From the NCBI GenBank assembly GCA_951406725.2, contig OX597822.1, positions 103,044,001 to 103,108,000 on the forward strand: a DNA stretch of 64,000 bases, read 5' to 3'. The translations under genes and the position numbers were made by a program. Positions within the stretch are counted from its first letter, which is position 1. Each line of letters begins with the position of its first letter. Of this stretch, positions 35,762 through 49,870 are shown piece by piece. The notes beneath the pieces were generated by a model that did not search any database, was not told the DNA's origin, and was given only the letters and a program-made list of their open reading frames with translations. Source of the stretch: Octopus vulgaris. Taxonomy: Eukaryota.

Positions 35762-36946
35762 GCAATGGGCTGCTTTCACTTTCTGTCTACCAAATCTACT
35801 CGCAAAACATTGGTTAGCCCAGCTGTCACAGATCATAGTTGTAAAATCCCACACGATCAAATATGTGACACACACACACACACAAACGCATGCATGCACA
35901 CGTACACACACACACATGCACACACCATCAGTTAATACTATCAGACATGCTGTTATTTTCTTCTTATCAGTGTGTGTGTGTGTGTGTACGTCTCATTCTT
36001 GAAGCTGCTTTCACACTCACATATACATTTGCTTCACAGCTAACTTCATAACACCGACTTAATCAATTCATGTCAATTATTTCCAAGACAGAACTGGTTG
36101 CTGAATAAAAAAACAAAAAAAAAACAAAAACAAAAAAAACAAATAAAACAACACGAAAATAAAAATACAAAAATAATGGAAAATTACAAAATAAAAGTAA
36201 ATAAAACATAAAGCAGGTAGGCTCCAATGAAATCCATTTTAAAATCCAGTATGTAAGTGGCAGGAACACAACTGGAACAGTCTGTCTTTTTTTGCAGGGG
36301 GGTTTCGGTCTGTAGTCAACACCTCTAAATGAAATCGGTAGATCATTCTCTCGGCCCATTATTTAACAGATTTACAACAGCCTTTATTTCTATAATGAAA
36401 GAACACACAAACAACGCTTCCTTTACCGTTTAATTACTTTATCCAATCATGGAGAACAAACAAAATGCAACAAGAGTTGAAATCCAAAATCAACTTCCCT
36501 GATTCTTCACTCACAGAAATAAACAACTCAACGCTCAATTGTCGGCAGGAGGAATGAAGGATATATATATATATATATATATATATTTTTTCGCATCTAT
36601 CTTATTTTATTCCCCCCCACCCGCCACCATTAATCTACTTTCACTTTTGTCATGGCTCTCTGTCATCAATCCAGCTCTGAAGAAGCAATTGATCTCATTG
36701 TGGGAGAAAAAAACACTGAGGTAAAGAAACTATGTTGTTTGTACTGTTGTTGTTGTTGTTATTGATGTTGTTGTTGCTGTTGTTGTTTCTGTTAATGATG
36801 ATGACACCATTTGTTTATTCATTCCAAGTTTTTGCTCTTTTAAATATTATATCTTTTTTGTACATACATACGTATAGACTCACACACGTATGTGTGTGCG
36901 TGTGTGTATATATATATAAATAAATATATATACATACATACATACA

Positions 36947-37025
<79 letters not shown>

Positions 37026-37118
37026 GTATATATATGTATATATGCATGTACACACACTCATGTATATATGTGCATATATATGTATATGTGTGTGTGTGTG
37101 TGTATATGTATGTATATA

Positions 37119-37158
<40 letters not shown>

Positions 37159-37314
37159 AATATATGCATATATATACTTATACATATACATGTTTATATG
37201 TATATATAGATGCCTATATATGCATATATATAGATATATATGTGTATATGTATATACATATATGTGTTTATGTATATGTATGATAAATATATGTATATAT
37301 ATGTATATATATAA

Positions 37315-37365
<51 letters not shown>

Positions 37366-37429
37366 TCCCGGGTTGATTCGGGGTTAACCACAGTAAATAA
37401 GGTACTCAATACATAGCAGAGTAAAATTA

Positions 37430-37540
37430 ATTTATTATATAGAAGGAGTTACAGGACTAGAACTGTTTCATTCAAGAGAAAGCTTCCTGAAGATTTCTCT
37501 TGAATGAAACAGTTCTAGTCCTGTAAACTCCTTCTATATA

Positions 37541-37546
<6 letters not shown>
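37430..37546. repeat. fold-back element with hammerhead-like core on + strand (37487-37520)
   Basis: ~52-bp arms; CTGAAGA-tttctcttgaat-GAAA-cagttcta-GTC; stem I not restored. Confidence 0.6.
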
Positions 37547-37587
<41 letters not shown>

Positions 37588-38309
37588 CATATGTATATGT
37601 GTGTGTGTGTGTATATAATTCTTTCTTTTGGAACAGTGGCAGTGGATGACAAATCTATAAACAACAGCATATAAATATTAGGTTAAAATCTTCCTTTGTA
37701 TGGAAAAATTCTTTGTTATAAATATTCCAAATTTTGTTTTATATTTAACAAAAATTTTATCCTCCCAAAATATCAATTTGGAATATTTGTATTTGCGAAG
37801 AAATTCTTGCTAAGAATATTGATAAATTTCTTCATTTATTTATAGAACTAAGTAATGATTTTTTTTTGCCTCCCCCCATTGCACCCCCACCCCCGTTTTA
37901 TTTCTTTGATCTTTAAAAATGGTAAGCTGCTATATTTTTTTTTCCCAACCAACTGTATTTCACGTTTTTAGATTTTAATTCCTGAGTTTTCTCAGCTTAT
38001 ATTAATTCCTTCTTTTAATTTTCAACAATGTTAAATTTTGAAATGGTAAAAATTAAAAACCATGTACTTTGTAGCAGACTTTAAAAATGAAAATATACCT
38101 AAAATCCAACAATTCCAATAACAACAAGAGAAAGCTGTTATGCAGTTGCTCAACCTTCTAGAAATAACTGCCAAACCTCTCTCAAATTGCACTTTACCAT
38201 CTCATCTTTACCTTTTTGTTACCAAATCTTTATTGAAAAACACAAACTTATTATTTTTTTCAATTGGTTAAAAAAATAATCAAGAATTTAGTAAAATGTC
38301 TTTGTCATT

Positions 38310-38310
38310 A

Positions 38311-38341
<31 letters not shown>

Positions 38342-38590
38342 CTTCTTCTTCTTCTTCTTCTTCTTCTTCTTCTTCTTCTTCTTCTTCTTCTTCTTCTTCT
38401 TCTTCTTCTTTTTCTTCTTCTTGTTCATGATCTTGCTCTTGTTGTTGTTGTTGTTGTTGTTGTTCTTCTTCTTCTTCTTCTTCTTCTTCTTCTTCTTCGT
38501 CTTCTTCTTCTTCTTCTTCTTCTTCTTCTTCTTCTTTTTCTTCATGATCTTCTTCTTCTTCTTCTATTATTATTATTATTATTATTAAAT
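38310..38590. repeat. compound trinucleotide microsatellite (GTT)n(CTT)n, duplicated, then (ATT)n
   Basis: Direct reading; similar mosaics at 40421-40815 and (AAT)n at 57858-58092. Confidence 0.95.
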
Positions 38591-40581
38591 AATAAGTTTT
38601 TGATTTTGCTTACTTTAACCTTTTTGCCTGTCCAAAGCATTTTTACAAGTTTGTCCCAAGCGTTCATGTTTGTTTTTATACTTTTAGTTAACCCTTGTTT
38701 CAATGGTCCGAACAACATAACGCTTTCCTTTCATACGTCCCAAGTTATTTTGGTGTTGGCCAAAATAACTGGGGAATGTGTAAAATGTATGATGCATAAA
38801 CACCAGAGAAATATGTTCTGCTTATCACATTGTGATGCACAGGATTGGCAAAAAATTACCCATTTAGCATTCAGATTTCTTGGTCAAATATATTGCTTAT
38901 ATTATGTATTTGAGCTGGCAGAAACGTTAGCACGCCGGGCGAAATGCTTTGTGGTATTTTGTCTGCCGCTGCGTTCTGAGTTCAAATTCTGCCGAGGTCG
39001 ACTTTGCCTTTCATCCTTTCAGGGTCGATAACTTAAGTACCAGTGACTTAATACCTTTGTCTGTCCTTGTTTGTCCTCTCTGTGTTTAGCCCCTTGTGGG
39101 TAATAAAGAAATAGGTATTATGTATTCACATTGTTTTGAATTAAGCACACATTATCTTGTGGCTTCAAGATTTCAATATCTTTAGAATGACATTGTATGG
39201 TATGTGTGAGAGGTTGGATCTGGTCAGTTTTAATATAAAACAGGTAGAATATTTTGGCTAGATATGGCCAGATTAAACAAAAAAAAAAAATAAGGAGCAC
39301 TCTGTCGGTTGCGATGACGGGGGTCCCAGCTGATATGATCAACGGAACAGCTTTGCTCATGAAATTAATGTGCAAGTGGCTGAGCACTCCACAGACACAT
39401 GTACCCTTAACGTAGTTCTCAGGGAGATTCAGCGTGACACAGTATATGACAAGGCTGGCCCTTTAAATACACGTACTACTCATTTTTGTCAGGTGAGTGG
39501 ACTGGAGCAACGTGAAATAAAGTGTCTTGCTCAAGGACACAACGCGTCATGTGTGAATTGAACTCACGACCTTACGATCGTGAGCCGAATGCCCTAACCA
39601 CTAAGCCACGTGCCTTCGGATTAAACACTAAAGGGTTAAAACAGGAAGTTTGTGTCACAGGACCAAGGGTAATCTCTAACAGACTGGTATCAAAAGGATT
39701 AAAAAATGAAAGGGTACATTGGTTAATGTTGTTCTTTCTGCATTTACTATGCCTGTAATAAAGACTGGATGGTCATAATATACATTTCTTTATTGCCCAC
39801 AAGGGGCTAAACATAGAGGGGACAAACAAGGACAGACAAAGGGATTAAGTCGATTACATCGACCCCAGTGTGAAACTGGTACTTTATTTATCGATCCCGA
39901 AAGGATGAAAGGCAAAGTCGACCTTGGCGGAATTTGAACTCAGAACAAAACGACAGACGAAATATTGCTCGGCATTTCGCCCGGCGTGCTAACAATTCTG
40001 CCAGCTCGCCGCTGGATGGTCATAATATAATGCAGTTGATTATAAGGCTTGCTCAAGTAGGGCTGACTTAAGAACTAAACTACAACAACAATACCAACAA
40101 CATATGAATATTTTATTGAAATAATTTTGTACTTCAGTTATATTTTCAAGAACGATGCCAACAACATCTAAACGTTTCATTGAAAGAATTTCGCATTTCA
40201 GTTATATTTTCATATTTTAAAATAGATTTGAAACGGCTTATTTCCTTAGCCTTTATCTTCATTCCTATCTAAATTTATAAATTTATAGAATTTATTTGGT
40301 TAAATGAGTTAAATGAGTTGTGATATTTCAGTTCTGGGTTCCATGTATATCCATTTGTGTATCGTGTGACCTGAATATCTCTGCTGTGTTCCTTCTCTAC
40401 TTTCCATTTATCATTATTAAATTGTTGTTGTTGTTGTTGCTCTTCTTCTTCTTCTTCTTCTTCTTCTTCTTCTTCTTCTTCTTCTTCTTTTTCTTCTTCT
40501 TCTTCTTCTTCTTCTTCTTCTTCTTCTTCTTCTTCTTCTTCTTCTTCTTCTTCTTCTTCTTCTTTTTCCTTCTTCTTCTTC

Positions 40582-40620
<39 letters not shown>

Positions 40621-40685
40621 TGTCCTCCTCCTCCTCCGCCCCCTTTCATCCCCTCCCCCTCCTCCTCCTCCTCCTCCTCCTCCTC

Positions 40686-40752
<67 letters not shown>

Positions 40753-41539
40753 TACTACCACCACTACTGTTGTCCTCCTTCTCCTCCGTCTTCTATTATT
40801 ATTATCATTATTACTATTTCATATACGCTTAATAGATTAGACTGTTGGAAAAGAAAAATTCCTAACATCAGGCTACAACAAGTTAGCCCTAGGCGCCAAG
40901 AACCCTCCTAAGTATCCTTAGCAGTATTTCGTCTGCCGCTACATTCCGAGTTGAAATTCCACTGAGGTCGACTTTGCTTTTCATCCTCTCAGGGTCAATT
41001 AAATAAGTACCAGTTATGCCCTGGTGTTGATATAATTGACTTAACTCCCTCCTCCAAGCTGCCCTTGTGATGATGATGATGATGATCATTATTATTATTA
41101 TTGAGTGAGAGAGCAGTGCATGCCATCAAAGTGACACTGGGGTAAAATATACGAAGCCCAGTATACATATCATGACTACCCGTCTGATAAGGGCACACCA
41201 AGCACATGCATCACAACCATATGTGCGCGACATGGTGATCTCATATGAAGATAAACAGCACATGACCTTGCAGGTGGGGCCCAGTTAGAATTTGCTTCTG
41301 GTCGAGTAACCCATCCTGCTCAAAAGGTCCCTGAATAAGGGTTGTTTAAGGATGTTGAACAAAACACCCATGTTTCCAGAGGTGAATTATTTAAACCCCA
41401 AAGAATCCCTCTCAACACATGGCTATGATGCTCCTCCACTACTTCTGCTCGTGATCAGAGATGCGCATATCGTCAGCCACTAAGGGACATGCTCAACTGG
41501 TTAAGGTCTTATTATTATCATTATTATTATTATTATTAT

Positions 41540-42840
41540 ATAGAAATTTATAGTGGTTTAGTGGCAGGGAAGTGTGATGACATTCTTGTGAAGACTCTGG
41601 ACATCAACAAAATCAAACTGCCTTGTCTGTTCCAGAGGATTTTCCGGTTAGGAACTATAATGGATAATTTCCAGATGACCTTGGCCTGGCAGTGCTATCG
41701 GAGGATGCTACTGGTTCGAGACGAACTCTATAGGCATGGATGTGCTGTCAGATGGGCTTTTCTGGGTTGCATACAGAGTGATGAAACCGTTCTGTGTTCA
41801 CTCATTCAGTGTCCAGGCATTGCTGACTTGTGGAGTTCACATGTGGCACAGATCTCTCTATTAGCTGAGTTTTTCGTGATGATTGCCCCACTGTCCTCTT
41901 TCAGTTGGACCGGCAAGGCAGTTTTCCTTTACCTGGTCGCTGTGGAGAAAGAGGTTGTTTAGTGGATAAGACTGAAAGGTATGTGGCAAGCTGGCAGAAA
42001 CGTTAGCATGCTGGGCAAAATATGTAGCTGTGTTTCGTCTGCCGTTACGTCTGAGGTCGACTTTGCCTTTCATCCTTTCGGGGTCGATAAATTAAGTACC
42101 AGTTATGCACTGGGGGTCGATCTAATCAACTTAATCCGTTTGTTTATCCTCTCTGTGTTTAGCCCCTTGTGGGTTTAAAGAAATAGGTATTTCGTCTGCC
42201 GTAACATTCTGTTCAAATTTGGCCGAGGTCAACTTTGCCTTTCATCCTTTCGGGGTCGATAAATTAAGTACCAGTTATGCACTGGGGATCAATCTAATCG
42301 ACTTAATCCGTTTGTTTGTCCTTGTTAGTCCTCTGTGTGTTTAGCCCCTTGTGGGTAGTAAAGAAATAGGTATGAGGACAGATACATTCCTCTTTGGTAG
42401 AGCTCTCATTGACTTCTTCAAATTTCACTTGAAAAGGAAATTGAGAGTGGAGAAGGAAGTGAGCTTACTGAAAGGTGGGTGAAAGTCGCAAAAATGGCAA
42501 GAGTGGATGGTACCTCTCTCAGGGTAGACCTGTAAGTCGGAAAGAAGGAATTGGAGAGGGCACTTGTTCTTGGTGTTCAGGGAAATCTCAGACAGTGGGA
42601 TTCCCCGATTATCCCAAGGTCCTCCTGCATCAGGAGGGTTACATCACTATCATCCCCCCACCTTTTTTTTTAAAGCCCTTTGTATATTCTGTATATGTCC
42701 CTTCCTTTTCATTATATACTTACAATTTTTGTTTTCTTTTCTAAATTATTTTGTCATTCCATTATATGTCAACCCCAACACTTTATGGCAGTCTTTGTAT
42801 TGTCCCCCTCATTCTTTGCCCTTGTGGCAAATAAATGAAA
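41540..42840 (+). pseudogene. Tx1/L1-like LINE C-terminal relic interrupted by a SINE dimer
   Basis: LAWQCYR..L.VRD.LYRHG...C...DETV...LIQCP....LW resembles a decayed zf-RVT cysteine motif; sequence resumes after 42372. Confidence 0.6.
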
Positions 42841-43099
42841 TCATCCTCGTTATTATTATTTTTATTATCATTATCATTATTAAGGTGGTAAGCTAGCAGA
42901 ATCGTTAGCATGTCGGACAAAAAGCTAAACAGAATTTTGTCCGTCTTTATGTTTTGAGTTCAAACTCCGCTGAGATTGACTTTGCCTTTCATCCTTTTGA
43001 TGAAATAAATACCAGTCATGCACTAGGGTTGATGTAATTGACTAGTTCTCTTCCCTAAAGTTTCAGGCCTTGTGTCTATAGTAGAAAGTATTATTATTA

Positions 43100-44515
43100 T
43101 ATTTTATTATTATTCAATAGTCTTATTTTTATCACGTGCTTTCACTTCACTACTGAGCACAGCTCTGTGTGCCTTAGGTATGTGCTGTGGTTTATCGTGA
43201 TGCTCTTGTTTTTACGGTATTGAAAGAGTTTTATGTAAGATGTGTGTGGTGCCTAGTAGTGCTATTTTTTGTATGGTATATATACTTGTTAGTCCTGGTG
43301 TTTTTGTTATGTATTTGTCTGAATATTTTTTATCATACCTAACGCACCTACTATGATAGGAATTGTTTCTGTTTTTAAACACAACATTCGAGTTACCTCT
43401 ATCTATAGGAACTGTTTCTGTTTTTAGTTTTTAGTCTTATAGGTATTGTTTCTGTTTTAGACTTATTTGTTTTGATTATGCTCTATCATGCCTGTTGAAA
43501 TATTCTGTAGGTGCAAGAAGACTGCACATGGAGACAACAGGATCAATGGTTTCATTTTGTTGTTGACATACACGACATGTTGGTTACTGTTGTTCTTTAA
43601 TATGTTGGCCTAGTAGTTCCTTGTAGGTAGGCACTGATCTTGGGCTGCTATGATAAATTCTTCTGCTTTGATTTTAAGCCAAAAGACACTAACTATTGAT
43701 GGGTAAGGGCTTTGTCAACATCGGCATTATTAGCTCTCTTTGGGGAATTGACATTGAGAGGTTTTTCTTGCCATTTATCATTCAGAATATCTAAGGCAGC
43801 AGTTTTAGCTCGGGTTTTCATACACAGTTTTTCTGTGCTTCTTTCTAGTACGTCTAATTCTGGGATTTGTTGTATTTGGAATTCACTTAAATATTCCTTT
43901 GCCTGTTTTGTAACTCAGTATGATGCTTTCTTGTTTTCATGCTTTAAGACAAGTTTTAGCAGCCAGTCATCAGAGTTTTCCAGGTAGGTGTTTAGACCAA
44001 TTGTAGCAATCTTCATTGTTAACTCCAGTTGTAAAAGTCCACGGCCATCCTCTTTTCTTGGCAGGTAACGTCGTTCTATATCTGCCTTAGGGTGGTGCAT
44101 TCTATGCATTGTTAACGGTCTTTGTATTTTTCTGCCAAGATTAGGTATTTCAGTAATTGACTGGTTAATGATGTTGAAACTGTAAGTCATGACTGGTATG
44201 GCTAAGGTATTTATTGCTTTGATCTTGTTTCTTGCATTCAACCCTGTCTTGAGTATTGTCCTTACTCTGTGATAACATTCCCTTCTGATCCTTTCCCCTC
44301 ACCATTGAATGTTTGATTCCATCATCTTCAAATACTGCCAGGTATTTGTAGCTCTCCGCTGGTTCCAACTCCTTTATGACATTCTGCTGGTCAAGATTAA
44401 CATTGAACTTTTCTGTCATTTTTCCTTTGATAAAGGTAGCCTTTGCAAAGGTAAAGGTAGCTTTTGCCAAATTGCATCCCGATGTCATCACTGAATTGTT
44501 TAACAATTCCTAGTA
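43100..44515 (-). pseudogene. R4/Dong-clade LINE 3' portion (RT C-terminus and restriction-like endonuclease), decayed
   Basis: YKYL, NARNKIKAINTLAIPVMTYSF, HHPKAD.ER.YLPRKE.GRGL, TIPIIVGALG, QKIALLGT; 3' end abuts a (TAA)n tract, the known Dong target. Confidence 0.88.
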
Positions 44516-44555
44516 AGGGTCTTACTGACACCATTACCTCTCATAACCCATACAT

Positions 44556-44627
<72 letters not shown>

Positions 44628-45708
44628 ATGATATTAGGGAGTATAACTCCAAACTTACGGGGAAAAAATTCAATTTAGTATTAAATCAAATTTCACAATA
44701 AAAATATATAATATTTTAATTAGAGAAAAACCACTATTATGCAATTCAAATAATGATAGACATAAACAAAATCATAAATAAAAAATAAAATATATTTTTT
44801 AAAAACATATAACTGCTACACTCTAGGAGTAGTTGGTGTTAGGAAGGGCATCAAGCTGTAGAAACATTGCCAGATCAGATTGGAGCCTGGTGCAGCCACT
44901 AGCTGTCCAGACCTCAGTCAAGCCATCCAACCCATGCCAGCATTGAAAATGGACATTAAACAATGATTATATATATATATATATATATAGACACAGGTGT
45001 AGTTGTACCGTAAGAAGCTTGCTTCCCAGCCACATGGTTCTGGGTTCAGTCCCACTGTGTGGAACTTTGGGCAAGTATCTTCTACTATAGTCTCAGGCCA
45101 ACCAAAGCCTTGTGAGTGGTTTTTGATAGATGGAAACTGAAAGAAGTGTGTCCTATATATATATATGTTTGTGTGTGTGTTTGTTCCCCCACCATCACTT
45201 GACAACTGATGCTGCTGTGTTTGTGTCCCCGATACTTAGCGGTTCGGCAAAAGAGGCCGATAGAATAAGTACCAAGCTTACAAAGAATAAGTCCTGGGGT
45301 CGATTTGTTCAACTAAAGGTGGTGCTCCAGCATGGTTGCAGTTACATGACTGAAACAAATAAAATAATAAACGAATAAAAGAAAAAATATATATATAAAT
45401 ATAGGGACGGTATTATTAAAATACCATCATGAGTGGTAAGCGAATTATCAACCATACAGGCAAATTAATAAAATATATACATACAATATTGGATATGTAC
45501 ATATATACACAAGGGTACTACATGAGTACCTATATCGCTCAAAAATAGAAGTCGAAAAATGCTTCTATACCACCGAATAGTCACAAATCCATTACAGACA
45601 AGATAGGAAAAAATATCCGTGAACAATAATAATGTCTTACCTCAGATGGGTTAGAACATGGTGGTCAAACCGGTACCGGTTATATATATATATATATATG
45701 TGTTAAAC

Positions 45709-45741
<33 letters not shown>

Positions 45742-46699
45742 ATATATATATATGTACGCAAACACACACGTTATTTTCTTTCTATATTTATTAGATTTAG
45801 ACTACCCAGAACATTCATTCGTAAACACAGATTCATTGAATGTAAATATGAAGCAATGGTTCCTCTGGTACCAATATTGATGTTTCCATTCAGATCAGAA
45901 ATGAATTTCTATGAGATTACACATTTAATATAAACCAATACAAATGTTGGTTGGTTGCCTAGCAGGTTGGTTGGCTGGTTGGTCAGTTGATTGAGTTGGT
46001 GGCTGATTCTCCTCTCATACTTTATATTTATACAGAGCAGTGTTTCTCAACTGGGTTCTGCAAAAGCTTCCTAAGGGTTCTGCAAGAAAGAGTGAGATAA
46101 GCTAATGCTAATTTCATGATTGTAATAGGCGCAGGAGTGGCTGTGTGGTAAGTAGCTTGCTTTACCAACCGCATGGTTCTGGGTTCATTCCCACTGCGTG
46201 GCACCTTGGACAAGTGTCTTCTACTATAGCCTCGGGCTGACCTAAGCCTTGTGAGTGGATTTGGTAGATGGAAACTGAAAAAAGTGTGTCATACATATGT
46301 GTGTGTGTGTGTGTGTTTGTTTCTGTGTCTGTTTGTCCTCCAGCATCGCTTGACAAGCGATGCTGGTGTGTTTACATCCCAGTAATGTAGCGGTTCGGCA
46401 AAAAAGACTGATAGAATAAGTACTAGGCTTACAAAGAATAAGTCATGGGGTCGATTTGTTCAACTAAAGGTGATGCTCCAGCATGGCTGCAGTCAAATGA
46501 CTGAAACAAATAAAAGAAAATGAAACATATATGCAACATGAAGTTTTCTCAGTGAACATGTCGTGGTTTCAAAGTGACGAAAATATTTTGACACAAATTT
46601 AATTTAAAGGTTGAAGTTAATCGAATGGCTTTTTCTTTGTGTGTGTTCTTAGATGGCTTATGAACATTCTCTTCACTGCAATTGTTTTTGTTCAAGTTA

Positions 46700-47220
46700 G
46701 GAGTTGACAGTTGAAGTATGAGAGAAAGGGCAAGAGCACAATATGTTTCTTGGTGTAGAGGAGCTACATGACTATCTACCCTTCGATGGTGTGTCTGGAA
46801 GAAGCCCAACATTTTCCTAACAACCAAGATCTATCTTTTCTGCATGCTGGTTCTGCTTGTCCTCCTCTACAGCACTGAGGCCTGGACCATCCTTAAAGAA
46901 GATCTGAACAAGCTTGAGGTGTTCCAAATGCAGTGTCTTCATCAGATCCTTGGTGTCTCTCTACACAACCGAATCTCAAACAATAACATCTGAGAACAAT
47001 GTCAGCAGTAACCGACCATTGAGGACCAAGTCTGGCAGGGCAGGTTAGAGTGGTTTGGCCACATCTACAGGAGGAGCACTGGAAGACTGCCACACCCACT
47101 TTTGTGATGGCAGTGACCAGCACACTGGAGAATCTGGTGTAGTGTGCCAAAGAAGATTTGGGTGAAGTTGCAGTGCCTTGACCTAAAGCAAGCTAAGGAT
47201 GGGAAAGCATGGAATAACAT
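46700..47220 (+). pseudogene. highly decayed RTE-like LINE fragment
   Basis: Remnants LLYSTEAWT, LEVFQMQCL..ILGV, RLEWFGHI. Confidence 0.65.
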
Positions 47221-47866
47221 CACCACCAGAGTCCATCATCCAGCAACAACCACAGTGGAAGCGCAATGGCCCAATGGTTAGGGCAGCAGACTCACAGTCA
47301 GAGGATCGCGGTTTCGATTCCCAGACTGGGTGTTGTGTGTGTTTATTGAGTGAAAACAACTAAAGCTCCACGAAGCTCCAGCAGGGGTGGTGGCGACACC
47401 TGTTGTACTCTTTCGCTCCAACTTGCTCTCACTCTTCCTTCCTGTTTCTTGTCCCCGACTTCCTATGCAATTGCTGAGCCTGGATGCGCATTCAGCCATC
47501 TGTCGATGCTCTTGGTGTTGGGGGTTGACCTGCTTTCTCTTCTGTGGGTCTTATGAATAGCAAAGGACCACGTTTCAGACTTCTCCCATCTTGCGAGCTC
47601 TGGGACGAAGACCATTCGTTCAACAGCAACAGTAACAGCAGCAACCACTGCAATGTATTGGTTGAGAGGACAGCCACTCCCTCTGGTCACCAGCAGGGGA
47701 TTATCGAAATCACTCAAAAATCAATGGAAATTGTAATTGTGATACCAGTGCCGGTGCACATAAAAGGACCATGAGATGATTGACACTGCAGAAAAAAATG
47801 GTGGGGTTAGTGGTAGTGGAATATGATGTTTAATTAAATTCTTTTACATTCGTCATCATCATCATC

Positions 47867-47915
<49 letters not shown>

Positions 47916-48494
47916 TCATCACCTTACAGTTTGGCACCTGAGACGTTGCAACTCATTTCTACAGCTGAGTGAACTGGAGCAATGTGAAATTAAGTGTCTT
48001 GCTCAAGAACACAAGCACGCAGCCTGGTCCTGTTGCAGGATGCCTCTATCTCTGTACGGTAGGAGAGTGTGTGCCCTCTGGCTTCCAGAGGAGAAGAGTA
48101 TCCAAGTGGTTTCTCAAGTTTCCCAAGGTGAGCAGACAATGTCCAGCAAACTGGACTCTTCTACCTTTCACAATGAGATGATACATGGGTGAAGGAGGGA
48201 GGGGGGAATATGCAACAACATATATTTGTACTTTGGTTGTTTTCCATGCTAGCAATGGGTAAGACAGCTTGACTGGTGCTGGTAAGCTGTAGAGCTGCAC
48301 CAGTCCGTTTTGGCTTGGTTTCTATGGCTGGATGCCTTTCTTAATTCCAACCACTCCACAGAGTGTAGTGGGTGTCTTTTACATGTCACCGATATAGGTG
48401 TCTTGTACGTGTCACCAGCACAGATACCTTTTACATGTCACTGAAAATATGAAGTAGTGTTGGATTTATCTAGAGGCCAAACCCTAGAATCGCA

Positions 48495-48765
48495 AAACTC
48501 AGGTGACCTGTTGTCAATGTGTCAATATTTTTGACCTGTTGTCAATATTTTGACACTGTCAGAAGTCTTTTGAGGGAGGCCTCAATGTGTCAACTCAGGT
48601 GACCTGTTGTCAATGTGTCAATATTTTTGACCTGTTGTCAATATTTTGACACTGTCATAAGTCTTTTGAGGGAGGCCTCAATGTGTCAATATTTTTGTCA
48701 ATGTGTCAATATTTTTGACCTGTTGTCAATATTTTTGACACTGTCATAAGTCTTTTGAGGGAGGT
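48495..48765. repeat. local tandem repeat built from gtcaatgtgtcaatatttttgacctgtt sub-units
   Basis: Three copies of a ~85-100-bp block ending gacactgtca.aagtcttttgagggagg. Confidence 0.85.
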
Positions 48766-49173
48766 CTCGGAAAAGGCACAACCTAGGGCTTCTCTTCATC
48801 TAAATCTGGTTCTGAAAGCAGCATGATTCAGAGGAACTGAAACATTTATTAATTCCAGTCAGATTTGGTTTTAACCCTATCAATGTCAATCTGCCCAAGG
48901 CATAACTTACAAAATCCCTTATGTCTTTTAAATGATTGGACCAGAATAAAAACTTTCATTGCATATTTATTATATATCAACCATTTGTTAAGTTAGGTTC
49001 TATACACTAACTTCATGTACCAATTAATGAAAAACTTAATTATGTCATTAAATCCTTTCTAATTGATAACTATTATTGGAATATATGAGCAGTGTGTCTT
49101 GTTAGAAATGTGGTAGCAAGAGGTTAAATAATAGTTTAACAATAAAAACGTACTAATTTGCCAGTCTATTTAT

Positions 49174-49259
<86 letters not shown>

Positions 49260-49490
49260 ATGTGTATGTGATTGTTGTGAATGAATATTCCCAGCATACA
49301 AATAGTTCCTCATTTCCAGTCTGCCAGGAAAACATGTCTGGCCATAGGTGGGTGGGGGGGAATATTACTTTCCTCTGAAACAGATGAGGTTTGGTGATAG
49401 GAAGGGCATCCAGCCATAGAAAATCTGCCATAATAAACTCTAACTGACCCATGCAAGCATAAAAAGCGAATATTAAAATAATCAAGATGG

Positions 49491-49521
<31 letters not shown>

Positions 49522-49826
49522 ATATATATATATATATATATATATATGGAGGTGCAATGGCTCAGTGGTTAGGGCAGCCGACTTGTGGTCAGATGATTGC
49601 GGTTTCGATTCCCAGACCGGGCGTTGTGTGTGTTTATTGAGCGAAAACACCTAAAGCTGCACGAGGCTCTGGCAGGGGGTGGTGGCGACCCCTGTTGTAC
49701 TATTTCGCCCCCTTTCACTCTTTCTTCCTGTTTCTTGAGTAACACTGCGGGGGGAACACATATGCCACAGAAACCGGAAAACCGGGCCCATGACCCTGCT
49801 AGGCTTGAAAAGGGCGATGTTTATCG

Positions 49827-49870
<44 letters not shown>

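Noticed and set aside
38264-40832. Poly-Leu/Phe/Lys/Arg ORFs, and the YI/CV/HT-rich ORFs elsewhere
   Set aside because: Translations of di- and trinucleotide microsatellites
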